64,000 nt of DNA. Source: Stylophora pistillata (lineage: Eukaryota). The notes under the pieces were generated by a model. It saw only the letters and a program-made list of their open reading frames with translations, was not told the DNA's origin and ran no database searches. Below are positions 50,239-63,698 of this stretch, one piece after another; positions within the stretch are counted from its first letter, which is position 1, and each line of letters opens with the position of its first letter. Position numbers and translations under genes: made by a program. The stretch covers positions 466,240 to 530,239 of the forward strand of contig NW_019217844.1 in the NCBI RefSeq assembly GCF_002571385.2, given 5' to 3'.

Positions 50239-53200
50239 TCATAACAGAAAAATTCCCGCGACGCGTGGCGTCAGGGTACTTGTTGATTCGAGCGAGTTCA
50301 GTTGACATGGACAAAAGTTGTTTTCTTTTTGATCGTTGCAAGTGACAGCGTCAAAAGCTTTCATTGCCGGCTAAAACTTGTTGATTCTATATTAATAATG
50401 ATTTTTATTTATTTATTTATTTGAATGCACACTATTTCCCAGACTAAATCTATTGGAGTTATTTTTAATTGCACCATATAAAGTAGTCGCAAATCGGAAG
50501 TGAAATTTTAACAAGATGTATTTTTGTAATGGAATTTAAAATTTAAGAGCAGAGATTTAAAAAAACAAAAATTTTCATCACAAGATTCTGTTTGTCTGTT
50601 CAAGGATGTACGAAACTAACTTGGTCTGAAATCGAAGGGAGAAAGAACTTTGATCACCTTTCAAATTTTCCTTGAGTTTGATTGAATGTTGAATTCAAAA
50701 AAGAAAAAAAAAAGATTCCATGAGTTGTAGCTCTAACTGTTGTAGAATTTTACTGGCATAACTAACCTTTCCTTTGTAACACCTTGAGCAAGGAAGCATT
50801 TTAAGCAAATATTTTTAGTTGGAAAAGTGAAACGTCTCAAAGTTCGAAATTATCTTAAGAAGAATGCTTCATATTGAATTGTTCCATGAATTTTACATTG
50901 TACATAATGATATATTGATGGATAGAGTTTTAGATTGAATTCAATTTTATTCTACGTTATCTAAATCTTATACGGTAAAAATATAAGAGCGTTTTGAAGC
51001 GCTATTCACTGTGATTTTACCAACACTGGAATCAGTTAATCAGCCCTGACAACTAGGAGCGAGCACTGCTGGTTTTATTTGATCACGTTCAGACGTGAAC
51101 TCAGCACACCTCAAAGAATAAATTGTTGTAATGAATGAAATAATGACACTGAATTAATTGCTTTCTTAACTGTTGGCATCGAGCGCCGTCAAGATGGAAT
51201 ATCTTAATCATTTTCACTTTTAAGGAGCAAGATCTAGCTTGAGTATGGGCGGCTTTGAACCCTTTCACTCTCAAGATTCGATTGTTAATTCTCCCCCTCT
51301 TTCTGCTACACATTTGCTTTTAAATTGGTTACGTGAAATTGGTGTTCGATCAAGACAAATACTTCTACATGATAATTATAAGTTTGAGTTTGCTGGTTTG
51401 GATAATGTACGGACATCAGAAGAAGGTACATGTTCATCACTTCTGAGCGTTAAAGAAGAATTTGTTGTAAATAATCTTCACGTAGATGTAGCTTGTGCTG
51501 GACACGGCAAGTAAAGGTGTATTGTACTACAGACAGCAACAGACTGTTACTGACATCTGATCTGTTCACTTTACAGGAGTTTGCTGATTACTTTGCACGA
51601 CAATTACAAACGAAAAAATACCAGACGGAGGAAAGTAAACACAAGACACACTCAGACACCAACCATACTGAAACACACTTAGATCCCTTTGCGGAAATTA
51701 TCTGAAGTCCTAAACACATCTCATGGTAATTCTGTGAACTTCCTGCTGCATGCTGCGAGGCGATTGGAACCAAACAAGCCCATAATGTATTGTGGGTAAT
51801 TAGCGCCGGCGCTACTCATGAGGACAAAGCGGTTTAATCCACGAACCTTGGGCTTTTGAATTTTGCGCGTTTAGTACTGTGGTAGAAAATTTTTTATAAT
51901 TTATCGCTTAACAGCTGAATAGGACACTTAGGCTGTGAGCTTGGTCATAACATGTACGCATGGCGTAATGTTTTTTATTCTTATACAATTAGCCAAAGAT
52001 TGAACGAGTCAGAAATAATATAGGTTCCCATCCATTAGAATCTGGATAAATTTGAAAATGAACACAAAGGTCGAGAGATTTCTGGGACAAAGTTTTAAGA
52101 GTTAGATTTAACAAAATAAGTTGGTACCAGAGGTGCAAACCGCTTACCTCCACACCTTTTCAAATGTCTCCGCCGAGGTTTATATTAGGTTCGTCTAACA
52201 AGGACGGCCTGTTCAAGGGGATGAATAGTAAATTTGTATAATTCGGTCAAGACTGCACACCAATCTAAGCCAAACGAGAGAGTGCGCCCCACTCTTTCCC
52301 GTTCAGCTTCCTTTTCCGTCCGTCGAACCCCCTAAATTGTCGCTCAAAATCCTGGAAATCATGTTTCTGAAGACCTAATTTTCAAAATCTCCCGGGAGAG
52401 TATGCCCTCGAACAATTTACCGAACCCCTCCTTGACTAAATCCTGGATCCGCCCAAGTACTATTTGAGGGTCTCGGAGAAAAGTTTTGTTTTGTTGTTAA
52501 TAAGATTTTTTTTGCATCTTGTCCATCCTTCCTTTTTGGTGCTTCGTTTCTTTGTTCCTCTTTTGTATTTCCAATCTTTCCAGGCAACTATTTCGTAGCC
52601 TCTTCAAGATACCTCCAAAGTGATGCACGGTCTTGGAATGTAGATCCTTTTAAAGATCCTTTGCTGTGATCGGAAAAAAAGGTGCGGGGAAAAAATGTTC
52701 ATTTTCAGATTTATCTGATTAAATGTGGACAGGGACAGCAACGAGACAGATTTTTCTTGAAGTAAGCCATAGCTAAATCCGAACTACGATTACTCTGAAT
52801 AACTTACTACCAATTTTTACATTTCCCTTGTCCGTTTTTTATGCAATTCTTCAGTCTTTCGCACGTGTTTTCAATTTAATTATTTCACTTTCTCTCATTG
52901 CAAATCTATCAATGCTGTTAAAATGCGTTGCAAATTTTAAAGTTTGGTTTAAACTTAAAGAATTGTGGGAGGATGTTCTACCTTTTAATGTGAGTAAGCA
53001 TGCAAACATTGACGTACTTCTGAACTGGTGGTAGTTGTTAACAAAAACTTTCCTTCTAAACACCCGGTGGGTAACTGTACAGGGCTCTGTATAACAGACG
53101 GCTTAGCCAGCCAAAGTACAGAACACAAATTTAAGACATTGATTCCTTGTTGCTTCCCGCTTTTACGTCATTCATTTGGCGGATGAAGCTGACATTTTTA

Positions 53201-53969
53201 AAGGGAGACAGGGGGGAGGGGGGTGGTGTTGAGTGTCACACCTTGGTTATCTGCCAACCGTGGCCTTTCAACAGTTTCTCATTGGCGCGAGGACACGAAA
53301 GTCGAACAATGTGAGCCTGAAGCCCAAATTTTTAGAATCTAGCAGAGTTCACCCCGCACACCGAGGCACTGACAACCTGCTCACAGGGATGTCGACATTC
53401 GAGCTGTGTTTTATTAAAATATATATTTCGTTGGTTCAGCACTAAGGAATGCACGCCGTGTTGATTCTTCGGATTCGTACTTTTCCCCTCCCTGAATTAC
53501 AAGATTTTTAAAATTATCTTGTAATTCAAGAATTCTGCTGCACCGCTTAGGTTGCAGTTGACCACTATGCTGTACAAGTTTGACAACGTTGGCCGATTGA
53601 CAGTACAGCCGACTATCGAAGCTAAAGCATACTATATACAGTAGAGGGGATACGTTTCTAAACTAACTGGGGTGTTACGTCGAAGGGGGAGGTATTACAA
53701 GATAGTTGGTCGTTCAACTTAGTAGACAATGTAAATTGGGCACCATAAAGAGTTTCAAAGTTTGACGTTTTTGGCGTTAGCCCTTCGTCGGAGCGGGGAG
53801 CTGGCGGTGAAAATATATACAATTTGATGGCTAAAACAAAGTGCCTTTACCTTCAATAAGCTAAGAACCATCAGTTATTAGTAAGAAATGTTCACAGAGA
53901 ATCGATAACATAGAAACGAATATAAAATTAAGACTTTGCAAAAGAAGATTTCCATCGACGGATTAATGT

Positions 53970-56900
53970 CTAAAATAGCTTCTTAAGTAACCGAGGAATC
54001 ACTGTTCGAGGTGTCCCTGTCTCTTTCACTGCCTCAAACGTTGTGCCGGCTGAAAATCAAAAGAGGAAACTCACATCAAAGCTCACACAAGTAAAAAGTC
54101 ATTAAAAAGGGCATTTTTAACATTTGGATAACTCAAAATAACATCGTAGCCAGTCATCTTCGGGAAATCGTTCTGTGTGCTCAGCCTCAAAAACATTCCC
54201 CACCAAATCAAGGAGACATTCTGTATTTAGCCAACACCAGCTCAAGTCCTTAGTTTTCCTAAATAAAGGGGATACTTTTTCCACGCCCACCGATGGGTGT
54301 TCCCGTAGTTGGAGTAATTGAACGATGGGAGCTCATTTAACTTACCAAATGATTTCACTTGCTCGCTTAGGAAGCTGCTACTTGCTGCTTCATACTCCTT
54401 ACTGCTATTTATAAATGTGGTGATTGTATCGGCCTGCATACAAAAAAGAGGAACATTTGCGGTCAAGCAGCTACAATGCCAAAGACATACGACAAGAACA
54501 ACCTTTGTGACCTCAAAGAAGGCATTCCTGACGATGAATACGATCCGACTGTCGAAGGTATTGCTGATTTGACCAGCATGTCGAAAAAACTTAAAAAAGA
54601 CAATCAAGCGAGCGAGAAATTTTATCGGAGGAAAAAAAATAAGTTGGGGGTTCAAGGCCGATGATGGCAGTCTGGTCTTTGGTCGAGTAGCTGTCATCCG
54701 TAGAGGTAAAGTTCTAGACATACTCACTTCACTCGGTGGAATGTGAGCTAATCTCTAAACATGGCAACGCAGAAAAGTTAGCAATTCTCGGATAGCCTTG
54801 ACGACGAGAACGATGACAAAACAAAAGGAAACGCCAAGAAGGCAATTTTCAACCGCCTCGCGGTTAGCTCAATTGATAGAGCGCTGGACTGATGTGCGGG
54901 AGGTCGAGGGTTTGAGCCCCGGCCGGACCAACACTCAAAGTCTTAAAATAATTGAGAAGAATATGCTGCCTTCCTATAACATCAAGAAACGGTTTATATA
55001 TTCTAGTCTTCTCGGATAGGGGCGAATAAATGGAGGTCCCGTCTCCTGCAGGGTTAGGGGTAGGAGACGTTAATTTCCCACGCACGAGACTACTGTGTGN
55101 TGGATGTCCTCCCCTGGGGTGGGATGGGTTGGTTGTTCGCTTGCGTTTCATACATGAGCCTCTGGCTCGGGCAATATGGGTAACCATACCCCACGTAAAG
55201 ACATAAAACTTTATTACTATTACTACCATTGCTCATGGAGCTGAAGAACGATTATTTTCGTGGCGTTCTTCCATAAACAGGCCGTCGACGGATTCGTAAA
55301 GCGTTGCGATTATGTTCTGAAAACCATGAATCACGGAGATGTGATCCGCGCCCTTGATGTCGAAAACAATGGCGAAGCAGCCGGAAAGGAGAAGAAATAT
55401 GATTGATACCAGAAGACTTTTTATGTTGGTGGAAAAGAAGCCCCGATGAAGAGCAAGAAAGACGAATATCGTACCTCAACAACTTGCTTTTTCAACGTTT
55501 TGTCCTCTCTAGCAGTTAGGACTGAAATGGTTCGTAGCAAATCATAGTCTATCGTCCAACTTTTTCATTAGTTAGGTAGGAAACTTTTTTCAGTACTTGC
55601 TTAGGCGAGCTAGAAGTCATTAGAACATACTTGGGTTTTGCGTCTACCTCTACACGTCAAATTGAAGTCCACGACATGTCTAAGGCAGAGCTTTGTGTGA
55701 TAAAAATATCAACACAACTTTGCAGTTGTGTGTATTTCGCCGATGTATTTTGTGGATTGAGTTATTTTGAAGTAGTTCGACCTCTGACCCGAAATAGGAG
55801 AAGTTCACCTTTCTAGGTTTGTTATTATATTTTCTCTGCATCAAGCCCCGGTTGTTCGAAGGGTCGATAACGCTATCCGGTGGATAGCAGAATCCGTTTA
55901 GTTAACACTCATAAGCTGGATAGTGATTTATCCGTTGGATAACGTTATCTAGTACTCTTTGAACAACTGGACCCAGATGTATATATTAATCATCACTAAA
56001 GCTGCAACCTGTCGCACCATTTAAAGTAGATAACCTACTAGGACCAAAGGCTATTGGTTACTGTATCATATGATTGCATGGGTATAGTTAGAGGGTCATG
56101 CCTTCTCCTCTCCCCCCCCCCAAACACACACACCTTCCCAGGAATCATGGTTTTTCACAAAGTTTTTTGACCATTTTGGCTTTCCACTTCCCTTCCACAC
56201 CTGGAATATGTATCAAGGCAAAGGGAACTTCACGAAAGAACATTTAAATCAATTTGAATCAAAACCAAAATTAATCCCAAAGGCAAATCAAAACAAAGTT
56301 AAATAACTTAGAAAGGAGGCCATTGAAAACTCAAAGCAAATATCAATTTCTCACGTAAGGGTCTGTTGGAAGGTGTGGTGCCCTCAAGGTTAGTGCACTC
56401 TACTCTGGCTCAAGTGGTCCAGTGCAAGCCCTGGCTGGAGACATTGTGTTGTGTTCTTAGGCAAGACACTTGACTCTCACAGTACCTCTCTTCACCCAGG
56501 TGTTTAAATGGGTACCTGTGAATTTAATGCTGGGGGGGAACCCTGTGATGCATTAGCATCCCATCTAGGGGGAGCAGAAATACTCCTTGTTGTATCGTGC
56601 TACAGAAACTGGAGTTAAGAGCTGGCCTGATGGGCCATTTGGCTCATAAACAGACTGTACCCATTCAAGGGACAAAGTGTGTAACCAAGAAGTGATTGAT
56701 TTCAATTTTTACACAACACAAGTTTCTTAGGTCCATCACAAAATGTAATGTAAATCAAATCCAAAGCAATCTTAACACTCAATTCAAATCTGGTAGTCTC
56801 AAAGATTTCCAACATAAAGAACAGAAATGAGTGTTATCCTGTTTATAGCAATTTCTGTACCTGCAATATCATTTGGAGTTTTGTTTCATGAAGTCTATCC

Positions 56901-59900
56901 ATTAACCCTTTCAATGATGGCTTTCCAGAGAGCAGCTGGTGCTGTTCAGGGGATAGGAAGTCTGGACACTGATCTGTGGAATTCACATCATCTTGGTGTT
57001 CTCTGAAACAAAACAAATTTTTTAAATGAAACAAATTAAAAACCAGCGCTTACTGATTTTAATGTGTGACAATGATACTTTGCATGAAAGAATAGTACAA
57101 TTGCTGGAGATTACTTGAGAGGAAACAGATTGGTAAAAAGACAGTACATGGCTTTTTTACGTGTTTGTAGATCCTCAGTTAGAGCTGGTTTATCATTACA
57201 ACCTTAATTAATGGATCACTGCTCTTCCAATTTATTCCAGTTTCCATGAAATAAAGCAACTATGTGTACTGCTTCTACACCTAGTTAGAACACTACAGTG
57301 TAATCCACAATGCTTAATTATTTTCCTCCAGTAAAATTTAAAGTGTCAGTTTGTTGATAACTTTTTATACTTGGTTGAAAGAAGGACATTGATTCTTAGT
57401 GTGTTGGCTACAAACAAAACTTAATGACCCAGCCAAGGCTCCAACCTACACTCCTTGTGAAATTTAGCCTATGAACTACTACATTGCATCTCTTTCTGTG
57501 CCAGGGATTGTACTAACTATCAAAAAGAAATTTGAGTTTGCAAAAAGGGTAATATTGCCTCAAAATGGCCCAGCAGAGGAATGAATGATTGAATGCAAAA
57601 GAGAATATACTGCACAGCCTCTATTTCACAATAATATTTGTTGAGAATTTGCATAGAAACAGCACTTTTCTTTTTTGTTCATGTACCTATCTTTTTGTCC
57701 CATATCACTTTGATGCGATGATAGTAATTTATCCCACTTCTTGTTCTCTGTCTTCAGCCTGATAAAAATGATAAAGTGCAGACTAATTCACCTTTTAAAG
57801 ATGATCTTTTAATTATTGTCTTTGATTGGCAAAGATGAATTATCATCTACTGCCCCAAAAGAAAAGAATTCTGCAACAAGAATTTACTATTTTCCATCCA
57901 ACAGAAAAATCATATGTACTTTTTTTGGTAACCCTGCATTTTGGAGTGACTCAAAATATTCACCTTTGAACTATCTGGTGTGATTTCTGTGAATAACTCA
58001 ATATGAAATAGGATTTGAAAAGACAATGTTTTTTTCATTTATTTCTTCTGCTTGAACAGCACCATAAGTATAAAATGGTCTTAAGTCTCTGTCTTCAACT
58101 CCACTGCATAGAAAGTTAACCAAGTGACTTTTGTTGGGACCACTTAACATCAAAAAATGCAAAAATCTGCTCTCAGCAGATATTTATTCTTATTGCAAGC
58201 AGGAAAAATTTGCAAAGAAAAAAAAATCCCCTTCCAAAAATACCACTGCTCCACAAGTTGTCACAGTTATGCATTTGACTAATATCCTTAAAGTGAAGAA
58301 TGCAAGAGCATTACATTTAGTTGTTGTAAATGCATATATTATAATGATTGTATAATAATTGTACCTTTCAGTAACAGCCAGCCTCGATCTTGCTTTAGCC
58401 TCCAGTTCTTCGTTTTTAGGGTTAGGTGTCTGCCTGTAGGAAAGAAAAAAAATCACTCATTAGGTAACATGGATCTGCACAGATGACCAAGTAGAATAAG
58501 CACTGCCCCAAAATGAAGCTTTTTTAGTCACAAAAAATCAGAAAATGATTGCTAGGAGTAAACTTTTTACTAAATAGTATCCAGCAATCATTTTTAAGAC
58601 TTGCATGCATGAGAAATTTCTAGTTTGTGCACTTGCACATGTGAGGAGAAAGAAGCAATGATGTCCAGCACTAATCATTTCATACAAATGTTAATCATGA
58701 AAATCACTTAATGAAAACAATACAGCAAGCAACTTGTCTGTTAAACACAGATCACCAACTTGGTAACCTTTGTTACCTTTTTTTCCCATTGTGGATTCCA
58801 AAATGGTCACAACTTGAAGCACTGTTAAGTATGTTTATCAGAGCACAGGCGGCCCAAGCTCTTTTTGAGAACCACACAAGGAACACAATTTGCATATTTA
58901 TAAAGATTTGTATGGGATTTTCTACAAGATATCCACAGAGATAGTTAAAAGTGAAAATATTAAATAAAAATGGCTTACCTTGTTCCATACGTGTGTTGTT
59001 TGCTCTTGGTGTCGTTATTTTAATGATTCCACTTGATTTAAGCGGTTTTTTTTAATCCTGGTTTTCTACCAAATGAAGAGAAGTTTTCTCTTAGTGTGGT
59101 AGAAAACCAGGATTAAAAAAAAACAACTTAAATCAAGTGAAATCGGTAAAATAACGACATCAGGAGCAAACAACACACGTATGGAACAAGGTAAGCCATT
59201 TTTATTTAATATTTTCACTTTTAACTATCTCTGTGGATATCTTGTAGAAAATCCCATACAAGTCTTTGTAAATATGCAAATTGTGTTCCTTGTGTGGTTC
59301 TCAAAGAGAGCTTGGGCCGCCTGTGATCAGAGATGATGTTTGTTTCTTCATCATTCACATTCCTGTTATACACTGCCGATCTTTTTGTCTCTATGATATG
59401 ATGCATTAGGGTGCTGTTAGCCCCCATTTACAAAATGTCAGAAAAAAATTACTCCTGTGGCTAATTGCATAGTAGAAGGCTAATCCAGTTAATACTAACA
59501 GCAGTATCAATAACAGATTTTGTTTCTTGTTTCTTCATTCATTTTCTACTTACTTTACTTCACTGGGAGTAGGTTTAAAAGCTTCATCCACAATATTGCT
59601 GTCTGATATCACTGTTTGCAGATGGCCGAACACTTCTTTTGCTGAAGAAATGAACAGAGAACAACAGTTCAAATTTGTTTTATAAACTCTCAAACACCAC
59701 ATGCCTTTGCTTAGGTGAGAATGATTAACTTGGAACTTTATGCCACATTATTCTAGGTAATTTCAGCAGCAAAGAGATTATCTCAAATACATGTTGTCTC
59801 AATGAAATTTTAAGAAATAATTTGCTTAGTTAAACAAACACCACAGACTGAGGTAAGAATACACCCCTATACCTAGACAATGATTAAGGAAGATAACTGT

Positions 59901-62900
59901 GAAGATGGAGAGCAAATAATGTCCTTCAGATGAAAATTTCAACCCCAAAAATTTCAAAATGAATTAGCTGTGATGTATAAGTAGCTCTTTAAACTCAGGA
60001 TTTTATACACTGTAGCACTGAAAGCCAGAGGAGAGTGGAGAAGAACCTCCTAATGAAGCAACACTTCTGTAATGCCTAATCCTTTCATTAGATATCCAAG
60101 TGTATTCACTAAATTCTATACCTTCTGTAGTAAAGTTTGGTATTCCATCCACTTCATAATGTGATGGATTATTTTCCAGTTTCTCCATTGCTCCCTAAAA
60201 ACAAGAAATAAAAAAGGAGCTTGGACTGGCTTTTTTGAAATATTAATGGATAAATGAGCATTCTTTTCTTTTGATTACAAAATATCATTGGGAAAGCCAT
60301 CTGTCTTCCCTTCCATAATCAGCTGCTTCAAACTAAGAATTAGAGGGGAGAAGGGAAAAGCAAACTGTGATCTGTGAAACTCAAAGATCTATATAATTTC
60401 ATATCAAACACAAGAATAATTTGCATTAAGAGGAACTTGAGGCTTCATATCATGCATCCACTCAATCATGGTTGCTACATGTACTTGCTAGTAATAATTT
60501 GAATTCAAGTAGCTGGCTGACAAACTCAAATTTTCAACAAACCCAAATTGTAGGGCACAATTATATCTTATTAAACAAAAATCACGAGGTGATCAATTAA
60601 CATTGACATGGGTTGGTGAGAAGTTCTGTTTCTGTTATCCACAATAAAATGTAAAATTATTTCAGTTCTGTATATAGGAAAGCATTCCATACTAGTCAAC
60701 TTTTTGCTAATCAACAAATCAGTCACAATTTGGAAACAATAGGGTCTAAATATCTATACACACCGCTTTATTTTTAACTCCTTGGAAACTTTACAGACTG
60801 TTCCTGGATGGACTTATCAAAATATCAGGTCTTCAATATGGCTTGCAATTATCACCTTCTGACACAACTCAGATCAGATCAGCCCATAACATTTTAGCAT
60901 GTTTCAGAGTTTACCTTAAGACAGGCACCAAACAACTTTTTTAGTCTTTCCTCAGGTGTCAAATCTGTAGGAATATCTTTATAAAGCTCTGCAGCACAAC
61001 ATGGGGTAAAAATGATAGGTATAAGTCTAAGGAGAGCAGTGCCCTTTTAGTGCTGAAGCTTGTCAGTGTTTCTGTAGCATTAGACACCTTGAACTACAGT
61101 ATGAATTTGTTTGGGTGGGATGCTGTTCCCATTAAAAATGTCCCCTGAGCATTTTGTCAAGATTTCCAATTATAGATTGGTGATACATATTTACCTTCTT
61201 GAGTGGTGAGAAAGGCAGTGTCAGAGAAAAGTATCTTGTGTAACATCAGAACAGGTTATTGGTATCATGTATGAAGCTTATCCCTCTTCATATGTAGTCC
61301 AGCACACTCAAAGAACTTACTATTACTGAGAAAAACATGTGGCAAGAAATTGTGCATAGCCAAGATTTAACCTTGACAGAGGTATCTTTACTACCTTTGC
61401 TTAGATGCATGCACAAGTAACAGGAAATAAGAGATATCTCCCTTCAGGCTATTGTGGTATTACTTGATTTAATTAAAATACTAGTAGTTAGACAAATAAA
61501 TTATGGTTCACAAACCAGACTTTTTCGATGAAAACACAAGAGACTTGCGCTCCTTCCTCCCTCTAACAAAGCTTGATCTTCTTTTCTTCTGTTCATTTTT
61601 CTTTGCACTTCCCTTTTTCTGGGGAGCCTGAATTAAAAAAAGGTCATTGTACATCTTAGTAACTGGGAGTATGTCTCCTCTAAAGTGATGGAATGCTAGT
61701 GCATCATGAGTCGCCCCCAGCCTTTTTAGTCAGGTTTCCTTGACAGAGAGAGGCACTGTGAAATCAGAGTGGCTTGTTCACCAACACAACACAATGACCT
61801 AGCCATTGTAAGGCCCCAAGTAATCGAAAAAATTAACAAAATATAAAATTCCTCAATGCAGATAAATTCCTAAAAAAATAAAGAGTTAACAGTATTCCAC
61901 CTTTCGGAAGCGACTCTGGCGTGAAAACTTGAATCCACTTGCTTGTAAGTCCAAATCCTTGGAGATGAAGTAACAATGTTTTTTTTATTGCAGTTGATGG
62001 TTGATAGTTGAGAAAAATAAACCATTGAAGAAAACATAACAGAACTATTTTGAAAATACATGTATCTTGAGAAAGACTTTTAATTCTGAGCTTGCTAGTT
62101 AAATGTTATGTAGAATGATGTTCAACTTTTGTCAGGGGCATAATTCAAAGAAAGAAAGAAATCTAGGTCTTCTATATCTTCCAACTGGTTCACAACAGGG
62201 CAGGCTACTCCTGAAGGTAGCTTAATTAAGAAGATATATGTAGTTCAAAACAGACAGATATAGTGGGAAGTTTCCATGAACTATGCTCTACTGGAAGTCA
62301 AAAGGAATCTGTCAAGTCACAGCCTGGCTACAGATGAGAAACTCCACAACAAGTTTAACATAGTTTGACAACCCTTAAACTCGTTTTATAAGGTATAAGT
62401 GATAGTTATCATTAAAATATAGCAAAGTCCATAAATTACCTCTGGTTCCCCTTCTATTCGTTTGGTTCTTTTTCTATAGCCAGAGAAACCACAGTTAAGC
62501 AAGTGTTCCTTGGTGTAACCCATGCATGCATTTACTAGCTTTTGTCATTATTCATCTTAGGCTAATAGCAAAATATATCCATGTTTTATCAAGACCCTTC
62601 AGTGAAAGTTCTCTGAATCCCTTCAACTCCCAGAAGTGATTACCCCGAGCTAACCGCCTCCCGGTTAGCTCAATTGAGCTATTGAGTTAGCAATTGAGCT
62701 AACCGCCTCCCGGTTAGCTCAATTGGTTAGAGCGCCGGATTGTGTTGTGCGGGAGGTCGAGGGTTCGAGCCCCGGCCGGACAAATACTCATGGTCTTAAA
62801 ATAAGTGAGGAGAATTTGCTACCTTTCTATAATATCAAGAAATGGATAGATATTCTAGTCTTCTCGGATAAGGACGAATAAACCGTAGGCCCCGTCTCCT

Positions 62901-63653
62901 GCAGGGTTAGGGGTAGGAGACGTTAATTTCCCACGCACGAGATTACTGTGTGGTGGATGTCCTCCCCTGGGGTGGGATGGGAGGGAAGGTGAGATCGTTA
63001 CATGGACTGAAGCGGCTGCCAGAGGCGCCTGATAATGCTGACGTTCGATCTCAACCTTATCATTGTAACTAGACACGTTTGTTGTTTAGAGTGCTTGAGA
63101 CTTTCTTTCTACTTTCTTTCTACCCCGTAACCTCTCTACAGTCTGCAAGCCATGCTGGCCTAAGACATCTTCATGTACACTGATGTACATAATAAAACAT
63201 ACAAATTAACCCCACAGACTCCTCCCCCAAAGGAAGAGTTGTAGATACGCACTGAGGCGCAACAGTGATTTCACTCTCCCCATATGCAAAACCGAGCGCT
63301 TGAAGAACAGTTTTATTTTTAGCCATATTTATAAGATGTACATAATTTTCATTCTTTCTTAACGACGAATTTGTAATATTTTATACCTCCTTTTTTATCA
63401 TCTGTATTTGTAAATATTCCGTAATTTAGCCTATGGCTGCAAGGTGTTTATAATAAAGTATCTATCTATCTAAGTATCTATCTATCCACATATCAAATAA
63501 TCATTTCGAAAGGTCAGACTAGAGGCATATTTAGCGTCCCTAGCAATTGAATCATTTGTGAGCTATTTAAAGCTCCCAAACTCATATACAGCTAAGACAA
63601 ATCTAATGAAATCTGCACACTTACCTCGTTGATGCTAACCTCACAGTCGCCAT
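53970..63653 (-). CDS. DSN1: Kinetochore Mis12-complex subunit DSN1-like (about 286 aa, 11 exons)
   Basis: Exons 63653-63625, 62473-62440, 61627-61516, 60988-60915, 60194-60122, 59641-59554, 58433-58365, 57758-57687, 57002-56861, 54433-54346, 54049-53970, all GT-AG and phase-consistent (861 nt). Motifs KRRSSF..RKSL, LYKDIPTDLTPEERLKKL, RLKTENKKWDKLL, ILQAD..TPR. The family assignment rests on motif recall. Confidence 0.75.
54853..55228 (+). mobile_element. tRNA-derived SINE, family B, near full length
   Basis: A-box TAGCTCAATTG, B-box-like GGTTTGAGCC, body shared with 62703-62990, and a (TAC/TAT)n tail. Confidence 0.8.
55843..55973. mobile_element. Short MITE-like element
   Basis: Imperfect TIRs GCCCCGGTTGTTCGAAG / CTTTGAACAACTGGACC and internal TATCC/GGATA palindromes. 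Confidence 0.55.
56367..56660 (+). mobile_element. SINE family A copy
   Basis: Reverse-complement homolog of 3891-4190. Confidence 0.8.
58844..59325. mobile_element. Long fold-back DNA transposon (P/Galileo-like MITE) in DSN1 intron 6
   Basis: About 235-bp near-perfect inverted arms, termini CACAGGCGGCCCAAGCTC / GAGCTTGGGCCGCCTGTG, and a perfect 7-bp TSD ATCAGAG (58837-58843, 59326-59332). Confidence 0.88.
62647..62990 (+). mobile_element. SINE family B with duplicated, hairpinned 5' end
   Basis: A-box TAGCTCAATTGG and B-box GGTTCGAGCC; the head is repeated at 62647-62671 and 62691-62725. Confidence 0.8.
63270..63487 (+). mobile_element. L2/CR1-group LINE 3' tip with (TATC)n tail
   Basis: LPICKTERLKNSFIF-like end, AATAAA, then TATC repeats. 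Confidence 0.6.
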
Positions 63654-63698
63654 CTTGAATTTAGCGCCGTGGAGCGAGTTGTGTCTTGCGCATGCGTA
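63647..63698. promoter_or_regulatory. YY1-like (AAGATGGCG, overlapping the ATG) and NRF1-like (TGCGCATGCG) motifs at the DSN1 5' end
   Basis: CGCCATCTT at about 63648-63656 and TGCGCATGCG at about 63687-63696; both are typical housekeeping-promoter motifs. Confidence 0.4.

Noticed and set aside
52490-52665. Exon-like minus-strand segment (TFQDRASLWRYLEE)
   Set aside because: It has an in-frame stop and no joinable partner exons, and the resemblance to known proteins is too weak to call.
54242-54727. 161-aa ORF and overlapping plus-strand ORFs as independent genes
   Set aside because: Only 54433-54346 is supported, as a DSN1 exon. The rest has no recognisable motif.
62703-62780. tRNA gene
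   Set aside because: A and B boxes are present, but the sequence continues into a shared SINE body found in three copies and has no clean cloverleaf.
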